This document shows, in pieces, positions 1-13,100 of a stretch of 64,000 nucleotides of DNA. Source of the stretch: Orbicella franksi. Its lineage: Eukaryota. Where the stretch lies: the NCBI GenBank assembly GCA_964199315.1, contig OZ116708.1:16740001-16804000 (forward strand), written 5' to 3'. The notes under the pieces were generated by a model. The model saw nothing but the letters and a program-made list of their open reading frames with translations, was not told where the DNA came from and ran no database searches. The translations under genes were made by a program, and so were the position numbers. The first letter of the stretch is position 1, and each line of letters begins with the position of its first letter.

Positions 1-61
1 GCGGTTAGAAAGGTGCGATGACTTATGCATGAATCACTTATTGTTAGCAGTTACTATATTG

Positions 62-458
62 CCCGGGGATACTCCCTTGTATGGGTTATATAGGTATGTT
101 CGATCCCAAAGGGTATGGTTTTTCAGCCGTTTTGGTCATAAATAGGGTATCGATTTTAACCATTTTGATCATTAATAGGGTCTGGTTTTTGCACTCTAGT
201 CTTGAATTGGGCATTTTTCTTAGAAAAAGCTACCTTTTCATCATTATCGATAAGACCGATCAACAGAAGCCCTTCACGATGCCTTTGACATCGGTCTCAA
301 CTAGGGAACTAAGTAAAAGGTCTGGAACAGGGTCTTGATTTAGGTTCAGGTCATAAATAGGGTATTGAAAATCGCATATTTTTTGTCAGAAATAGGGTAA
401 GAGTTTTGGGATGCGGGCCGCACACCCCCACCCAATTTTTCTCGGAGTACCCCCCGGG
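62..458. mobile_element. MITE-like non-autonomous DNA transposon with 8-bp TSD
   Basis: Termini CCCGGGGATACTCC (62) and GGAGTACCCCCCGGG (to 458) are imperfect inverted repeats. CTATATTG flanks both sides exactly (54-61, 459-466). No transposase ORF. Confidence 0.8.
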
Positions 459-657
459 CTATATTGCTTCATTTTCTTAGCATATTATTTGAAAGCAGTT
501 ATTGTAGTATTATTATAAGCAAATCCGCAGATCCGTACCGCTTTTTGACCCAATCTGTCGATCCGTAAATACTTGTTTTTGTTCAGATTCGGATCTGCAT
601 TACTTGAAAGCTTTCTGTAGTGTTCATTGCAACGAACTGTAGACGTTTGTTTTCGCC

Positions 658-1030
658 CTCCCCCGAGTATTACTCCTTCATATAAGCTATACAGGTGTGT
701 GCAGCACCAAAGGGGATAGTGCTTTAGCCGTTTTGGTCTCAAATAGGATGGACATTTTGGTCTGCAATAGGGTATGGTATGTCTACTCTGGCCTGGAACT
801 AGGCATAATTGTTAGAACAGTCTATTTCTAGACGTTGTTGTCATTCATCTCTTGGGACGTGAAGTTTAATTAACCTTGGGAATTTGAAGCTGTTAACAAA
901 TACGTCAGGAAAGCAGTTCCCCTGTGGGGTCTGCTCAGAAACAGCTGGGTATCGATTTTAAAAAGAGCGAGTCTGAAATAGAGAAGGGGAAATCGCCTAT
1001 TTTGTGGGTTTTGATATCAAGCCCCCCCTA
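658..1030. repeat. Degenerate second copy of the 62-458 element family
   Basis: Shares motifs such as TACTCC..TATA.G.TATA.AGGT, AGCCGTTTTGGTC..AAATAGG and GGGTATCGATTTTAA with the first copy. Ends are decayed. Confidence 0.55.
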
Positions 1031-1933
1031 AATAGGCGATTTCATGAACCTTCCTAAAATAGCTTGGTACTAATGTTACAGCTTTATCTAAAGCACCAAT
1101 GTAATGCAATACACCCTAATTACGTTATCCTGCACGTGTTAATGACCGGTATCTCGGCTTCAGGCCTTTTTGAGATGTTTTTGGGATGTCTTGGGATGAT
1201 CCGTGTACAGCCGGTCTAGTGCCGGTTCGGGAGTCACCAGCGAATTTCGGAAATCATGGGACATATTAAAACATAGAGTAATCTAACACATGTGCTTCTT
1301 GGTGTTGTGTGAGAAAGAAAGAGAAGTGTAACAGTTCATCGGCAGACTAGTAAATGGAGGAAGAAAACGATGAGTACCTAGTACACAATTATAATAACCG
1401 TGTCAAAGGATAGTTCTTGCATAGGAGTTGAAGGCGAACAAAGTTCAGTGACAATTGGAAACAGTGAGGTGAATAAGTCTGTGGATCGACGTGGATTTGG
1501 TGTAAAAAAGAGCATGGATTACAGACTTTGCAATATATATTGACTGGATTCGTGGATTTCGAAAATACCGCGAATCGTAGATCGACTGTGAATTTCGGTC
1601 AGGATTCCGAAGGTCTCCGAACTCTGCATGTCTTGACTTTCGGATCATGAATCCTAAGCAAAGTCTGATCTTTGGTTGCCGTTAGTCGCTTGTTTGCGTT
1701 TTGCTGAGTTTTTTTTTTTTTATTTTTTATTTTTTTACCTGCGGAGTGAATTGCACTGTCGGGTTTTATACTGCAATTTTCTATGATGTAATGGTTGATT
1801 TCTACCGTTTTCCCTGCTGATGTGCTGATCAACGGGTACATCCTTATCTTTGTGCTCATATTATAAATACGTTGAACTTATCAGTATGAGTCTCAATTAC
1901 AACACTATTTGCTGCTTTAATTCTTGTTTTCAG

Positions 1934-3245
1934 ACACCTCAGCTGTTTTGGGTAAATTCTGTGGAATCTCTGCTCCAGTTCCAGTTATATCTACCTCCAA
2001 TCACTTGCGCGTTGCATTTCATAGTGATGACACGACGAAAGGAAAAGGTTTTCTTCTCGAGTACAGTCTTGTTTCACCAAAAGAGCCTGAATCACCATCC
2101 ACTCGAGATTTTTCCGGTGAGTAACGTTTCTTTCGCTAAAACAACCCAGAGCAAAATCCTTCAGCTTTCATCCTTAGCTTACCACCCCACTGTTGCTAAA
2201 AAGGGTCTCTTAACATCCAATACCTACCGAAAGGTTTTCTTATTGTGAAAATGATAAATCCCGGCCCTTAGGCTGGCATTTGAAGTGTATGGGCAATATT
2301 CGCATCACGTGTTTATTACGTCAAGACGTAAGTAGTCTTTTACAATAGTACAAGTGTTATAAGCTACAACCCTGGACAGAACTAGTTGAGACAAATTGAA
2401 ATAAATACCTTAATTTTCCTGTTCTCTGTACTTATTCGAAAACGTCGTTAAGGAAATGTCGGGTATCAATTGTGTCAGGCTCAACAGTTGTGTCTAGAGT
2501 TGAAGGTAGATAGCTGAGTAGGTAAATAGGTAATTTGTAAGGCATTCGTTACCTGTTACCAGAAGAGGTAGAAGTAGGGGAGGTAGAAGTAGCTTAGGTA
2601 GGTTGTAAGGCAGATAGTTACGTACATGGAGAGCTAGACAGTAAGGCAAGTTGGTAGGTGAGGGTAAGCAGAACAGCAGGCAGATAGATAAGTAGGCTAA
2701 CAGAAAGATGCCTAGATAGGAAGGCAGGCAGCTAGGTAGGGACAGGTGAGAAGACACGAAGGCAGGTAGGCACACAGGCATGCAGGTAGTTAGGCAGGCA
2801 TATTCGTAGACCTGTAGTTTGGTAGGGCGTAGGTAGGTGGGTAGGTGGGACTGGCGGGCAGGTAATTTGTTACACAGACGAGCGGGCGAGCACGCAGGTA
2901 GGTAGGTAGGTAAGGGGGTAAGTAGTAAGGCAGGTGGGCAAGCAGGAGGGTGGGGAGTTAAGCAAGTAGATATGTAGACCGGCGATGCAGGCTGAGGCGT
3001 CCCTTTAAGCGGAACACTGCGAGCAGCTAAATCAGCAATGAACCGGAGGCCTTTCAGGCTTATTGGAACAGGCTTGCTGAAATGTTTTTTCTTCTTTTGA
3101 AATCCTAGGGCGAACAGAGAACACAGAAACTAACGGTGCAACAACAGAAAATCATCACAGCAGTGGCAGTTCAATAGATGGCACGGCTTGTCTTGTTCAC
3201 ATTACTATGCTTACTTTACACTGGTTATTTATTAATCGCAACTGA
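1934..3245 (+). CDS. 3' part of a CUB-domain protein; exons 1934-2116 and 3109-3245 (stop); upstream exons not resolved
   Basis: Exon 1934-2116 (ttttcag / gtgagt) encodes DTSAVLGKFCGISAPVPVISTSNHLRVAFHSDDTTKGKGFLLEYSL, the C-terminal half of a CUB fold (LGxFCG, VxFHSD, GFxLxY). A phase-1 join to 3109 gives an S/T-rich linker and hydrophobic tail GRTENTETNGATTENHHSSGSSIDGTACLVHITMLTLHWLFINRN*. Confidence 0.75.
2495..2975. repeat. Degenerate (AGGT/AGGC)n purine-rich simple repeat inside the CUB-gene intron
   Basis: Repeated GTAG/GCAG units, e.g. ggtaggtaggtaggtaag at about 2897-2914. Confidence 0.8.
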
Positions 3246-4896
3246 TGGATATACTGCAGTGAACCCGAAAAGACGGAAGATGTGACCTGCAGGAACTGCA
3301 GTGGCAGATCGGTACACAGTTCAGATGGTACTGGCCTTAGTATTGCCTTCCGTTCCAGCATTGGTCATACTTCGCACATCATACTCGTTTATCATTTATC
3401 ACATGAGTTTGACTGAAGAGTGAACATGATTCTACATTCAGTAAATTTCCAATCCGTTTTAATTTGTTGCTTTTGAGAAGCAAGATTATCCCCTAATTTG
3501 TATTAGGAACCAAATCTTTCCACCTTCAAATGAGGTGAATGGCGTTAAGACCCTAAATTTAGATCTCATAGCCTACTATATACTACCTACTCCTAGCTGA
3601 ACGAAAAAAGTAAAATCGATGTTGCTGTTAAGAATTGGTTGAAAGGACAACGGAAACAATATTCCGGCTCTTTCTTCGATTCCTTTCTACTCTCTTTGTT
3701 CTGCTATCTATTTATCCAACGAATTACTGAAAAGAACTGTATTATATTGTTATCAAACTAGAAAGTTACTTGTATAGTATTTCGACTATTTCCTACCTGA
3801 GCACAAAATGGCGCATTACTGCATATTTCGTCTTCTTAACAAAAATGTCTCACTACGCCAGAGGAAGTAAAAAGCATTTTCGTTGGGGTATAACGCTCAA
3901 AACTTTGGAGTGATTACATGCAGTTTCTCTCAAAATCGGGAAAAGAACATGACATCCAATGAAAATCGTAGCAATGACTCGGCAATCGCAAAATGTACGA
4001 ATTCTTCAGTCTCGCATCCCCTGGCACCTTGATGTACTTCCCATGTGGGAAATAATTCAGACGCGGAGTCAACAGAGTCGAGCAATGAATACTGAGCGTG
4101 AGAGCGCAGACGTACTTCCCGTTAGAAATATACGTCTACGTAAACCGAAAATGCCTAGAAACGCCCCTGACTTTGAACTCCGGCTCACTTCGAGCACTTT
4201 TTCTCCCGCGTTCTCAAGTTTGCATTGAAAAATACCAAGGCTGCGAATAGTGTAGGCGATATGCTATCTTGCATAGAGTGTTTTCCTTACCATTCACATT
4301 TCAGAGTACCCTTTAAAATGTCTACAGGAACGCTGGGCTATAATGCCCTCCGGATTTAGATTTGATCTAATATATCCACTCGGAGCGTGGATTCTTCAGA
4401 TCGTTAATTCATTTTTGGATTTTAGTAGTGCAGTGGCCCATGTGTTCCGTTATCTCTTTAAAGTTGAAAAATGTCCTAGCTTCTTCGAGTTTTATATGTA
4501 AAGCTTTGATTCTCTGAATTTTTATCATCCATTTCTCTAAAACGTATCAGGGATGTTAGGAGTGAGGGAATTTTATCATGATCGAGGCTTTACTGATGGG
4601 CTCTTTTTGTGGTGGTTTAACATTCCGATTATTGGACACCTTTAGCTTATCACTCTGCTGTTGTAGTTTCTGTTGGGGGTTTGTCAACAGCTTGGGGTTT
4701 CAAAAGAAACTCTTCAGTAGGAAATATGGACTTGTGGCTCATTAGCAGGCGACTCTTTTAGTCCAGAGATATAAGCTGACATAAATAAATTTCGTGGCAG
4801 TAATAACAGAGCTACCTGTTTTGACAGTAATTAACTGATAACCTCATGAACCTTGCCCCTTGAAAATATTAAAGTTCATGTACTCACTTTCTGATG

Positions 4897-5180
4897 TTGT
4901 GAAGGCCCGGTGGGCTGTTCGTCTCCTGATCGAGTGGTCCGTGTTCAAGCCCTGGACGGGAACATTGTGTTGTATTCTTGCACTTTCCTCTCACAGTGCC
5001 TATCGCCACCCAGATGTATAAATGGGTATCGGCAAATTTAATGCTGGGGGTAACCCTACGATGGACTAGTATTCCATCCAGGGGGAGTAGAAATATTTCT
5101 AGTCGCTTCATGCTACAGAAACTAGAGATAAGTTGCAGCCTGATGAGCCACTTGGCTTGTATGCAGACCTAACCTTACTT
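4897..5180 (+). mobile_element. tRNA-derived SINE
   Basis: tRNA-like head with B-box-like GTTCAAGCCC (about 4942), core GGGGGTAACCCTACGATGGACTAGTATTCCATCCAGGGGGAGTAGAAATA and a T-rich tail. Matches a SINE family I recall from cnidarian genomes. A decayed core also lies at about 46160-46260. Confidence 0.75.
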
Positions 5181-6187
5181 TTTCTTTCTGATGTTGACGA
5201 TAAAACATTTGGTCTACTACTATGGAACCATAGGAAAGATTAAATCATATTGTCGTTGTAAAAGAGGATAATATTCACTTGTTCTCTTAAAGTGAGCCAA
5301 TTAAAAGTGGGATTGCTGCATCAAAAGGCCCGAAGGGGGTGGGGGCACACAGTGGAATTTGACTGTGAGGTCTGTCTCCTGGGTATGGATGGTAAGGAAT
5401 TTGACACGGTTACCATCTTTGAAGGACCAAGAGAGTCTGCCATGTTGTATGTGCGTATTGAAGGGAAAGAGTTTTCGCTACGTATATTTTTTGTGTCAAT
5501 AATGCTCTGCATGTTTACATATCTATTAGGTTTCTATGCCCCAGGGTGGATAATTTAGATACTTTTTACTAGTCATGTTGTCCCGGGGGTGGGTATTTTG
5601 ACATTATTTTCAGAAAATGTCAAAATTCCCCCTTATCTCCCCTCCCCCCTTGGGCTTAACATTGATAGGTGCATTATTGCATGTATGTTGATGTCATCTG
5701 GGTGAGGGGATGACTTCTTTGCAATACCCCATTCTCATTAGTTACTCATACCGTACACACCCCACGACTTAACAAGGTAAAAACCTATTTGAATCAAATA
5801 TGTCAGCAAGGTGGTTTAAAATTTGTCTCCTGAAAATGACTGCAAAGCGACAAATTCGAAAAACTTAAACCTGATTTAGTTCAACGAGTATAGTTGGTGT
5901 GAATGGGGTAAAAGATTCGGGAAAATGTAACAAAAAAACACATTAAAATACGAAATCCTTAATTCCGGAGAGTCGCCACTTTGCTCACAAATTCGAAACT
6001 TCATCGTTCTTCGTTACTTTCCGAACGTTAATAGGGACCGGCAAGAGAAAATGAAGAATGGTATCATGCTTACGTAAAAGGAAAAGCACTCCCGCTGTTT
6101 TCGGCAACCCTAAAATAACTTTAGCGGAATTGACATATCCCAAAGCCTGGACTGGGAGCCTCCCTCTCTGTCCCCTCATTTTCTCTT

Positions 6188-6895
6188 GGGACCGGTCATT
6201 ATTTATCGCCTGGGGCGGGGAGGTCGGAGGATTTTTGGGTAGGATGATTTGATCTTTAGGATAACCGAGGGGGGATCAGTCATGACTGAGAACCCAGAAG
6301 GGGAAATCACCGCAAATTATCGACAGAAACGTCCAAGCAACGGAAATGCCGAGTTGTCCAGAAGTGAGGAGAGTGAAGAATGATGATGAGGGCGGCCAAG
6401 ATGCTGTCATTGCTGATCTCGATGACCACTCGAATGTCCGCATGCCAGTCTTTTGTATTAAATGAGTAAATAGAAGACGTGACGGTACAACCAGCAACTG
6501 TATAAAAAGAAGAAAATACGAACCACAAAAAAGTAATAAAACATAACAAGTGAGTAAAACTATTAAACTACAAATCAAAATGGGAAAGAGAACAGGAACA
6601 GTGGCAAATCGTACTATAAGGTACAAATTACCCCTAAATGTCACATTCTCATACGGATTGAGTGGGCGGCTATTTGGCACTCTGAAAAGTAACTTTGCTG
6701 TTTCCAAGGACTGGGGATGGTTAGATTGCTGGTATGTCAACTGACATCATATATCGGTATCCATGCACAATGTCGGCTTCATGAAAGTACATCATATTTA
6801 GAAACATGAATGTTACAAGCACTAATGTTACCGTCTTTAGCTGAAAATCCTCCGACCTTCCCCCACCTCCCCCTCCCAGGGTGTAGCTGATGAGG
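6188..6895. mobile_element. TIR-bearing non-autonomous element immediately upstream of the MANBAL ORF
   Basis: GGGGCGGGGAGGTCGGAGGATTTTT (about 6212-6236) is an imperfect inverted repeat of AAAATCCTCCGACCTTCCCCCACC (about 6844-6867). No TSD identified. Confidence 0.55.
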
Positions 6896-6947
6896 AAAGC
6901 TTGTTACTGTTAAACAACGTACTTACCCAAAGGTTTTTGTATTCAAA

Positions 6948-7169
6948 ATGGACGACAGATCGCTCTGGGAGTTGATTCTTCACTATGGCCTTTTTCTTGG
7001 AGGTATTTTCCAGCTGATATGCATTTTAGCGATTGTTATTGTTCCTTCAGATAACTCGGTGGATGATGAAGGCATTTTACTGAACAAAGAAGACAAGCTT
7101 CGAAAATTTCAAGGACAACAAACGTTGCAGTCGCAAACAAGATTAAGAGAACGAAGAAAGAAGAAGTGA
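6948..7169 (+). CDS. MANBAL: Protein MANBAL (UPF0239) homolog, 73-aa single-pass membrane protein
   Basis: LILHYGLFLGGIFQLICILAIVIVP closely matches the MANBAL signature as I recall it ([21 protein letters not shown].P). Basic C-terminus RERRKKK is also as in the family. Confidence 0.9.
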   Translation: MDDRSLWELILHYGLFLGGIFQLICILAIVIVPSDNSVDDEGILLNKEDKLRKFQGQQTLQSQTRLRERRKKK

Positions 7170-8849
7170 CACTGCCGTTATTTTTGCTGGGTTTGGCTGA
7201 AGTTCTCCGGGTTCTCCAGCTTATAATCGCCTGGCTTGAAAAAAAAAAAAGAAAGGAATCAAGTTTTCATAGTCTTCTCATGTTTTCCGCTGGTGGTACT
7301 TTGGACGCTGAAGTATGAGCTTGAAAGTAAGCCAGAAGTATGTACGGAAACTACAGTCCATCAATAGTTGTGTACATCATTGTACCGTCGATGGCGTACT
7401 TGAAGTGAACTCTTATTTACACTTATACACTTTTCGTCGTTTTATGTAGACTTTGCAGATAATTTACCAGCATTATCAGGGAAATTTGTTTATTTAATAG
7501 AGGTTGTTAGAGTCTCGGATAGATCAAAGTATTGAAACCGGCAAATCCCCCAGTCTTGTATCGTGTCGCTAAGTCAAAATGTTTGCAGTCTGCTGACTTG
7601 TTTATATCTTTTCGTGTAGGTTTTAAAATTATTTTTTTTGCCAAGTTTTGTTCAGAGAGTTAGAGTTTCTTGTTGCTGGTTTGAAAAAGTTTCTGTTGCT
7701 TGTCTGGACTTTGCAACTGAATTGCAGATTTCCTTTTTGTTTTGCACATGCTGGTTTCAAAATTATTTTTGTTGTGCTAATGAAGAAGTCAAATGTAAAC
7801 AGAAGTCCTTCAATTTCTTTATTCTAATGGCTAAATTAATCACACTGCTGTCACATGATTGGTTAAAGTGTCAGATTCTTTTGTTTCAAACTCATGCCAT
7901 TCAATGCTATGATAAGTTGAAAACTTTCAGAGGTCATTGTAATGTAATTACTCTTGCCCTTTCCCTGGGTCTCCAAGGAAGAGGAAGGAAGTAGACTGGA
8001 GAGATGGAATCAGCGCTTGACATTATGTAGTCCACAATGAGAAGGAAATGTTGCTGAATGATGTCATAGGCACTGAGTCACAATGAGTCGCTGACAGGTG
8101 CACATTCTATTTGCCGTAGATACAGTAGCTTCAGTAGTCATAAGGTGTATGACTATGGAGACATTTTGAACAGAAGGGCTGTGAATTCTTGATAATTTTC
8201 AACTTATTCTTAGGGCCATCCAATTTTAGACTGGGGAATGAATTGTGTAGTAAGGCTCTTTTATTTGTGACTTAAATTAATTTATGAGGTTACAAGAATT
8301 TTTGAGTAATACACCAGCCTATTGCCACTGAATGTTTTGTTTTATCTTGTCTGTTCACATAAATGAACACCAACTATGACATTGTGTTTAACAGTTTCAG
8401 TGTGATCACTATTACTAAACTATTATTTCCTTTAAGTTTGAAATGTGATTGTTGTTAGTGAAATGTAATGTACCTTACTCAGGCCACAGGGAGCATACAA
8501 TCTTGTTGAGGATAAGAACAAATCAAGAAATGAAAATAATGAATAGTTTAACTTTGTCTCTTGTTGTTATCTCTTACGAGAACTTAGAGGGAAATGGCTA
8601 GATATAAACTAGAAAATTTTTTTGCAGTGCGAAAAGGTTTTGGTACGAGTTTAGCACTACAGTGTTTTGCAGGGCATGTGGATAGCAGTTTTCCTAGAAG
8701 TTCATGTAAGAGATGACAACAGGAGACAGAGGTAACCTGTTCACTTTTTTTTCATTCCTTTATTTCCTCTCATCCTACTCAACAAGATTGTGTGCTCCCT
8801 GTACCCAGGCCCTTTGCAGATGGAACACTTGGCTAGTTATCAATTTGGA

Positions 8850-9405
8850 AGGGTAAATGACCCTTCCCCTCTATGAGGTATGGCTACAGGAAATTATGGT
8901 AGTTGTATTTATCAAGTCTAGTCCAAGATGGCAGACAGTGGTAACAAAGGCTTGCCTTCTGAAAACTCCTCATTTGGGGACTCACACTCAAATAATTTAC
9001 ATCTACAGCAACAACTCAAATGCACAGTCAGCAAATATAGTTGCTACATTGTTCTCGTAGCTTTCTTTCCACTTTCAAAGTGTGCCAAACATACTCAGTG
9101 GCTCATTAGAGTAAAGCAGGGTAAAACTTTCTCTCGCGATGTGATCTATCCACTTCCCTCTCGATGCAGGTTCTTTCAGGAAAATATAATTAACCTCGGC
9201 ATTTCTCCTTGAATTATTTGTATTATTTGAATTATTTGCATTTGGGGACTCAACATGTATTGTCACCACTTTGTCCTTTCGAAGGCAACTTTTCATCCCC
9301 TCTCAAGTGGTCCACCATCTTGGATCTGGCGACCTGCATTGGACTTGAACTACCATAACTCCCTGCAGATGTGAGTCTCGTAGAGGGAAAGGGCCATTAA
9401 ACCCT
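8850..9405. mobile_element. Non-autonomous element with roughly 90-bp imperfect TIRs
   Basis: Left AGGGTAAATGACCCTTCCCCTCTATGAG..TTATGGTAGTT..TCCAAGATGG. The right end reverse-complements to AGGGTTTAATGGCCCTTTCCCTCTACGAG..TTATGGTAGTT..TCCAAGATGG. Confidence 0.6.
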
Positions 9406-9683
9406 GAAAAGAGCTGCATCACAATTTGCACATCTTGAAAAATTTAGCCTTAATTTTTCAAGTTTGTCGTTTGTAATCCAGGTCAATCTTCTCCATCCTT
9501 AACCATCCTTGTTCCTTGATTGTTTATTGTTATGTCTTAAGTGTTTTTCTATCTTAACACACTATTAGGTTTTTTGCATGTGGTAATAATAACTCAAAAA
9601 TGAGTGCGCTCCTCGAAGGATAGCTCATGTGACCATATGGTCTGCAAATGCACTATGCAGCCAGGCATGCTCAGTTGATTGAA

Positions 9684-9836
9684 AATAGGCCAATCTCAAT
9701 ATATTAAAATTATAACTTGGCCCTGAGGCTTAGGGAATTAAAACAAAATAAATCACATCGGGTTAAAGGATGAATATTTCATTTCATTCCCCTAAGCCGT
9801 GGAGTTCGAATCTCAATATATCCAAATTGGCCTATT
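9684..9836. mobile_element. Short MITE
   Basis: Perfect 11-bp TIR AATAGGCCAAT / ATTGGCCTATT. Confidence 0.65.
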
Positions 9837-9844
9837 AATTGATA

Positions 9845-10087
9845 TTACTCAATATATATGGGTTATTTACCAAGTGTGAGGTCAAGATGGCTGGATATTG
9901 GCCAAGTTCTTTTTTTGCGTGTTTATGGACTGAGATGGAGTCGAGGTCCATAAACTCGCAAAAAAAGAACGAGGCCAATATCAAGCCATCTTGACTGAAC
10001 AAGCTTTGTCAATAAAGGATTTATTATACGGCTTTTGCGGAAATATTTCTTGCAGGACACGGCAGGTAGTCCTGAGTGGGCAAGATA

Positions 10088-10118
<31 letters not shown>

Positions 10119-10190
10119 CAGCGCAGGATTTGATTCATCTTGCCCGCTCACAGAGCTAACCATGTAATAATGATTTATATCAAAATCAAT
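9845..10190. repeat. Interspersed repeat with a roughly 50-bp-stem internal hairpin (9881-9995)
   Basis: GTCAAGATGGCTGGATATTGGCC..TTCTTTTTTTGCG.GTTTATGGAC pairs with GTCCATAAAC.CGCAAAAAAAGAA..GGCCAATATC.AGCCATCTTGAC around a 15-nt loop. Confidence 0.7.
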
Positions 10191-13100
10191 GAAAATCAAA
10201 GATTGAGAGTTATGGGTGTTGATTTTCATTGATATTACAGTGTAAGACAGATAAGTTTGAACAGTAAGTGTTTAAAATTGTTTACTGAAACTCCCATAGC
10301 ACCGCGGTAATATTTTGAATACTATTTGAAATATCTCACTTTTATCCATTTCCCTAAGTGGCCCCAATATTAAATTCTCAAGCATTCTCAAGAAAAGTTA
10401 ACGTCAAACCTCATAGAAATGCTTACGGTTTGAAATTTCGTTTTGAACTGACGTGAAACATCCATTTTAATTGAACTTTATCAATTGTACCGTGTGAGAA
10501 ACACAGAAGCTTCTGATTAAAGGGAACGTTAGGTTTGAGTGCGAGACATAGAACCATGTGAATCAGGAGCGTAAGGTTATTTCAGGTTTAGCAATCAAGA
10601 CATAGTAAGTGCTCCCTGTTACTTTTACGCTGTATGGTTTAGTCTTTATGTCGATAATAATTTCGTGTTTTAAGTTCCCTTAACTAAAATCTATTGAGGT
10701 TTGTAGGTGCTAGAAATCAACCGCTGGATACTAGGATTTCCAGAAGCTAAACTAGCCAATGAAATCTTATGTCCCCAGAGTCACTTTTCCCTAGTGCCAA
10801 GGCCACGTCGGCTAAGAGAGTCTGTGACTACGAGAGTCTCGCTGAGCGGCTGTAGAGTGAACTGTTAAAGTGTCCACTGTCACAGCAGCTCTGGATGACG
10901 AGGTGACAATATTGACTAACAAAAAGCTCACTGAGACTATAGAGGGTAAGCGTGTTACACAAAAGCCTTCTTTTCGTTATTGTGAGCCTGTTGCGTACCG
11001 GAGCACGTGCACTTAAAAAACATTATGAGATTTCCTTTCAGCTAAGCTCGATAGCGAAGTAAATATTCTTTTTCTGCCAAAAAAAGTAACCCCCACTTTT
11101 TAATGAATTTACATGACAAGCGATAAGCAACGATATCTTGTTATCTAAAGTAAAGTTTCAAATTTCTCTTGTTTTTTTTTTCATTTTACTACTGCACAAA
11201 GCTAGCCTACTCGCAGGCGGTAATGTCAAGTGCTATCTCCGCGTGAAAGGACTTTCAGTGACTCGGCCACTCGGCCAGGACTTGTACTTGAGTTGACTCG
11301 GTGATAAACTCATGTACCATCTAAAATAGCTGACAGTTTGGATATCTCTTCAGCTTAGCTGTTCAGATTTGGGGTTTTCAGAAATCACAACTTGTCCAGA
11401 TCCGTTAAAACCGTCGAATAAATTATATTGCTGTAAAGATAATTACTAATTTGATAACTACAGAACGTGAATTGTACAAAATTTTCACATTATTTTTCAT
11501 TCTTGATCGCTGTCAGTATTAAAGTAGTGGAAATATTGGGAAGAATTCTCTCGGATAGTTATTGGGGAGAGACTGATAAAGAAGAACTGTTGGATGAGAA
11601 TATTACTGAAAGCTACAGAAATAATGCGACGGAAATCAGTCAGAAATGTTATTAAATCACGGTATGAGTGTTTGTCACTAATGAATCAATGCACAAAGTT
11701 GATCTGCCATTGCTTTCTAATACACCGAAAAATCGAAAATTTTGAAATCAAGCCTAACTTTTTTTGGTTAGAGAACCGAAAATGTAAAAGGCTATCAAAA
11801 TACGCTTTTAAGCATAAGTTAATTTATTAGATTTTCGATTGAAAAGATAATGAAAACTGAAAGTACTCTAAAACAATAGCCCAAGTTGACGACTAACGCT
11901 TCGTTAGAGAGATCACAATTAGCGAGGGTAGTCGTGCTGTAATTCTCAGCCGTTAATCGGATTAAGAGTATTTTTGTTCAGAATTCTATGTCGATTGTGT
12001 CCTGGACAACTTCTCCTGATCTATTTTTTTCTCCCTCTCTCTCTCTCTAGAGTATTATTTTCGAATCGCAACCACACTTTACCTATAAAGATATTGAAAA
12101 TCAGCTGTCTTCACTAATGAACATGGTCTCTTCAAACACTAAGTACATCGTTAAGGTGAAAAAATTCAATGTGATCAGCACTTTATTGAAAAGTGCGAAT
12201 GAAAGCAACGACAAAGCCAATATAAAAGCCGGGGGGATGATGCTAAAGTATGCTTTCAAAGTGATAGGAGGTGTTCTTGAAGCCATATTTTAATACCCCA
12301 AAATTTGCCGGGCCAAAACTAGGCCTAAGAAACCTCATTAACTAAAACTAAACGAACAGAAAAGTCCTACGCCTTTTTCATGCCCGAAAAATACAGGGGA
12401 ACTGAAAAGGAAACATAAATATGTGTACACAAGTCTCTGATCATGCAATCCCATTGGCAAAAATATCTTGTCCAAGCCAATACAGAGATTAAACCCGAAC
12501 TTAAAATACCTTGCAAGATCTCATTAACTAAAGAATACCGGGTGAACTTTTAAATCCCCTAGAGTCCAAAATTGTAAAGAACACCTAGAAACCTTTCCTT
12601 TACTTTCAATCCCGAATATCCCCCCTCCCCCCCGCACCCTGCCCATATCCTGCTCGCCCAATTATGGCGGAAATTTCACTACAGATTTCAATTAAGCAAA
12701 CGTGACCAGTAAAACCCAAAAGATTATACGCTTTTAGTAGCTGCAAAAAAGTTGCAAAAGTTACTTATTGCAGTAGATTGAAAGAAGTAAATGTAATCCT
12801 ATGAAAGGAACAACTTCTCGGTTAACATGAATACGACATATACTGTTAATCACTATATACGAAACTCAATTCGGAGTGTAATTTTCTTTTCATTTTAGTA
12901 TCCATATTTATTCAGTCGCCTTTGGTTACGCGGTTCATTTTTCCGGCTCACCGCTATTCATGGTAACCTCGTTACGTTCGCCGCAGCAATGAACGTGGTG
13001 GACACAATAGACTACGTCCAAACCAACTTTACATTTAATTACATTCTCGTTTGTAAACGAACCATTTCAATTATTTTTCTTCAGTGGAAAATTTGATTCA

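Noticed and set aside
1380-1470. Candidate upstream CUB exon (..GVEGEQSSVTIGN) and another at about 1081-1149
   Set aside because: Either could join in phase, but neither shows a clear CUB signature, so the upstream structure is left unresolved.
2494-2781. 95-aa hydrophobic minus-strand ORF
   Set aside because: By-product of the (AGGT/AGGC)n simple repeat.
4897-4960. tRNA-like A/B boxes here, at 9806 and at 57203
   Set aside because: No complete cloverleaf; these are SINE heads or MITE interior, not tRNA genes.
6276-6740. 154-aa minus-strand ORF and overlapping short ORFs
   Set aside because: Lies inside a TIR element, composition is driven by T-rich sequence, and no family motif is present.
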